Of a stretch of DNA of 64,000 bases, positions 61,811 to 64,000 are shown piece by piece. The DNA comes from an uncultured Planctomycetaceae bacterium. Its GTDB lineage: Bacteria; Planctomycetota; Planctomycetia; Pirellulales; UBA1268. The position numbers and the translations under genes are program-made. The stretch covers positions 1,563-65,562 of the forward strand of contig CAISJI010000055.1 of assembly GCA_903885565.1 (NCBI GenBank), read 5' to 3'. The notes beneath the pieces were generated by a model, which searched no databases, had not been told where the DNA came from, and saw only the letters and a list, made by a program, of their open reading frames with translations. Numbering within the stretch: the stretch's first letter is position 1; each line of letters begins with the position of its first letter.

Positions 61811-64000
61811 ATGCCACTTCCCTCCCGATCCACAACCGGCCCGGCGCACCGACTGGCGGCCTCTTCCACCCCCCGGTGGATCGCCCAGCGGTCGGTGGCG
61901 CTTGCCTGCACGCTTGGCTGGTGGTGGCTGACGACGGCCGGAACATGGGGTCAGGCGCCTCAGGCGCCGGCGGCCCTGCCTCCCATCCCCGCGGCGGCGG
62001 CCCAACCGGCCGTGGCCGACGCGGCCAACCGCATCGTCGAGGTGCGGATCGAGGGCAACCATGCCACCGACGTTTCAAAGCTCCCCAAACTCGTCACCCG
62101 CGCCGGCCAGATCTTTGATCCCCAGGCGATCGAGGACGACGTTCGCTCCCTGCACCGATCGCGAAAATTCGTTGATGTTCACCCCAAATACGTGCGTGTG
62201 ACAGAGGGTGTGGTGGTGATCTTCCAGGTGGTGGAGCGTCCCATGCTCCGCTACGTGAAGTATGTCGGGAATGAACGGATGCCGACCCGTACACTCAAGA
62301 AGAAGGGCGAAATCAACGTCGGGGATTCGATGGATCCCTATGTCGTTGAGGAGGCCAGGCGTCGGATCGAATCCTACTACCACGAAAAGGGCTACGAGGC
62401 AGCGAAGGTGTCGACGGTGGAGGGGAGCAAGCCCGGAGATAAAGGGGCTGTGTTCCTCATCGACGAGGGCACCAGCCGCAAGGCTTTGTGGACCGATTTT
62501 GTCGGCAATACGATCGCCACCGATGCCCGCCTGCTCACCCAGATCAAGTCGAAGCCGGGGGTTTTCTGGATCATCGGCGGCGAGGTTGACCGCGCCAAAA
62601 TCGACGAGGACGTCGATCTCATCACCGCCTACTACCGCAGCCTCGGTTTCTTTCAGGCCAAGGTGGGACGTGAACTGAGCGTGGTTCGCGGGGCGGGCCG
62701 GGATTGGACGCTGCTGACCTTTGTGATCAACGAAGGGCCGCGTTACTCAGTCCGCAACATCTCCTTCATCGGCAATAGCAAGTTCAAGCAGGACTTCCTC
62801 GCTCGCGATCTGAAACTCAAAAGCGGCGAGCCTTTCAACCAGCAGAAGATGGACGCTGATCTCGGTCTTATCCGCGACATCTACGGCGGACGCGGCTTCG
62901 TGTTTGCCGACATCAAGGCCGATCCGCGGTTTCTGGAAGAACCCGGCCAACTCGATCTTGTGTACAACGTTGCCGAGGGGCAGCGGTACCGCGTCGGCAA
63001 GATCAACGTCCGCATCCGTGGTGAACATCCCCACACCCGCCACAGCACGATCCTCAACCGCTTGTCGCTGCGGCCCGGCGATATCCTCGACATCCGCAAA
63101 CTCCGCGAGGACGAACGCCGCCTCAAGTCGAGCAGTCTGTTTCTCGCCGACGCGTCCAAGGGGGAGGGACCGCGGATCGTGTTCAGCAAGCCGGAAGGCA
63201 ACGGCGAGGAATCCTCGGAGATTGCCCGCAACCCGAAGCGCAAGGGATTCCGCGGCCAAAGCCCCGATGGGGATCTCGCGGCCAGCGACGAGATGGAAGG
63301 TGATGCCGTTCTCGACCTTGTTCTCGAGGGAGAAATCGACGGTGATCTGCAGCCCGCTGCGCCGGAGGCCGGCCATCAGGTTTCTCCTGCACCCACCCCC
63401 TCCGCCCAGAAAGCCCCGGTCGGATCCCCGCCAGTCTGGCGCGGCCAGAGCCCTCAGCCATTCGTCCCGTCCCAAGAGCCAGCCCCGGCGGGCTGGGGCA
63501 ACACGGCGCCCGCCCAACAGACCTGGGGCGGAGCCCCACTGGCCCCCACCGGCCCGGATGCCCTCGACTACGGCCGCTCCACGGCTCCCGCCCCCCGCCA
63601 GCCCGTGACGGTGGCGCAGCAGCCGTCCGCTCCGGGGTATCCCGCCGCTCCCTCAGCCGCTTTCCAGCCGGGCACGATCCAACAGCCCCAATACGCTTCC
63701 CCCGCCCCGCAGGCTGGAGCCTTCCCCGGGGCATATGCGCCCGCTCCGGGGCCCGGCTTTCAGCCACTCCCCGGCCCACCCGCTGCGGCCCCCTTTGTGG
63801 GCCAGCCCTTCCCGGGCCAGCCGGTTTTCCCGGGGCAGCCGGGGGCCGTGCCCGATTTTGCGCCCGATCAGCCGATGCAGGTCTTTCCAGGGACCGAGCC
63901 CTATGTGATGGTCGATGTCGATGCGGAGGAGACACAGACCGGCCGGCTCATGATCGGGGCCGGCGTGAACTCCAATGCCGGTCTGGTCGGCAACATCGTC
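61811..64000 (+). CDS. bamA: outer membrane protein assembly factor BamA (3' end beyond window)
   Basis: Absent from the ORF track because it has no stop in the window. My translation from ATG 61811 gives signal-like RWIAQRSVALACTLGWWWLTTAGTWGQAP, then five POTRA-like units (IVEVRIEGN...; RYVKYVGNE...; ALWTDFVGNT...; VRNISFIGNS...; VGKINVRIRGE...). A long P/Q/A-rich linker follows, then the barrel onset ETQTGRLMIGAGVNSNAGLVGNIV. Confidence 0.8.
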   Translation, partial: MPLPSRSTTGPAHRLAASSTPRWIAQRSVALACTLGWWWLTTAGTWGQAPQAPAALPPIPAAAAQPAVADAANRIVEVRIEGNHATDVSKLPKLVTRAGQIFDPQAIEDDVRSLHRSRKFVDVHPKYVRVTEGVVVIFQVVERPMLRYVKYVGNERMPTRTLKKKGEINVGDSMDPYVVEEARRRIESYYHEKGYEAAKVSTVEGSKPGDKGAVFLIDEGTSRKALWTDFVGNTIATDARLLTQIKSKPGVFWIIGGEVDRAKIDEDVDLITAYYRSLGFFQAKVGRELSVVRGAGRDWTLLTFVINEGPRYSVRNISFIGNSKFKQDFLARDLKLKSGEPFNQQKMDADLGLIRDIYGGRGFVFADIKADPRFLEEPGQLDLVYNVAEGQRYRVGKINVRIRGEHPHTRHSTILNRLSLRPGDILDIRKLREDERRLKSSSLFLADASKGEGPRIVFSKPEGNGEESSEIARNPKRKGFRGQSPDGDLAASDEMEGDAVLDLVLEGEIDGDLQPAAPEAGHQVSPAPTPSAQKAPVGSPPVWRGQSPQPFVPSQEPAPAGWGNTAPAQQTWGGAPLAPTGPDALDYGRSTAPAPRQPVTVAQQPSAPGYPAAPSAAFQPGTIQQPQYASPAPQAGAFPGAYAPAPGPGFQPLPGPPAAAPFVGQPFPGQPVFPGQPGAVPDFAPDQPMQVFPGTEPYVMVDVDAEETQTGRLMIGAGVNSNAGLVGNIV

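Noticed and set aside
61162-62118. 318-aa plus-strand ORF and the 201-aa minus-strand ORF at 61457-62062
   Set aside because: They overlap the tsaC-fusion 5' end, the divergent intergenic region and the bamA 5' end in the wrong frames. The bamA frame (ATG 61811) gives a signal peptide and POTRA domains.
62747-63935. Minus-strand ORFs 62747-63517 and 63183-63935
   Set aside because: Both are antisense to the open bamA reading frame, which is missing from the ORF track only because it lacks a stop in the window.
1-64000. Search for CRISPR arrays, IS elements/transposases, integrases, rRNA genes and prophage modules
   Set aside because: I saw no regularly spaced short direct repeats, no DDE/Tyr/Ser recombinase-like ORFs (including next to the duplicated tRNA), and no rRNA-like sequence. 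The repeats present are coding repeats, the tRNA duplication and the GA-rich tract.

Overview
GC-rich bacterial chromosomal segment (by eye low-to-mid 60s % GC, not computed). The gene content looks like Planctomycetota: PEP-CTERM proteins built from autotransporter-type beta-strand repeats, a stand-alone RNA polymerase alpha-CTD protein, paired xylose-isomerase-like TIM barrel and Gfo/Idh/MocA genes, and a Uma2 endonuclease. That taxonomic call is inference only. I support about 56 protein-coding genes and two identical tRNA-Ser(GCU) genes. I found no rRNA, CRISPR array, transposase or integrase. The main accessory block is a PEP-CTERM/exosortase locus at about 7.3-21.6 kb. It holds two large tandem PEP-CTERM paralogues, fcl, gmd, an EpsI-like gene, a Wzz/BY-kinase-like gene, an exosortase and a degenerate prepilin-peptidase-like gene. 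The rest is mostly housekeeping:
- uvrD/pcrA
- rdgB
- scpB
- purA-uppS-cdsA
- phoH-HDIG-ybeY-corC-recO
- BamD-like and LptE-like lipoproteins
- folP and proA
- rpiB
- a 3'-truncated bamA

Most worth follow-up:
1. A translationally coupled triad at 1836-4089: a 4-TM/beta-sandwich protein, a soluble beta-sandwich protein and a small AAA+-like ATPase, with no named family I can recognise.
2. A ~420-bp non-coding leader with an SD-preceded micro-ORF and a textbook intrinsic terminator 26 nt before folP.
3. A vapBC-like toxin-antitoxin module between two 99-bp perfect direct repeats, each holding a full tRNA-Ser.
4. A small protein with a 96-residue tail that is almost pure Asp/Glu.
5. A Sua5/YrdC plus YwlE-like phosphatase fusion next to rpiB.

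All family calls come from motif recognition by eye. No database or HMM search was run. The ORF track also contains many long antisense ORFs typical of GC-rich DNA, which I rejected.
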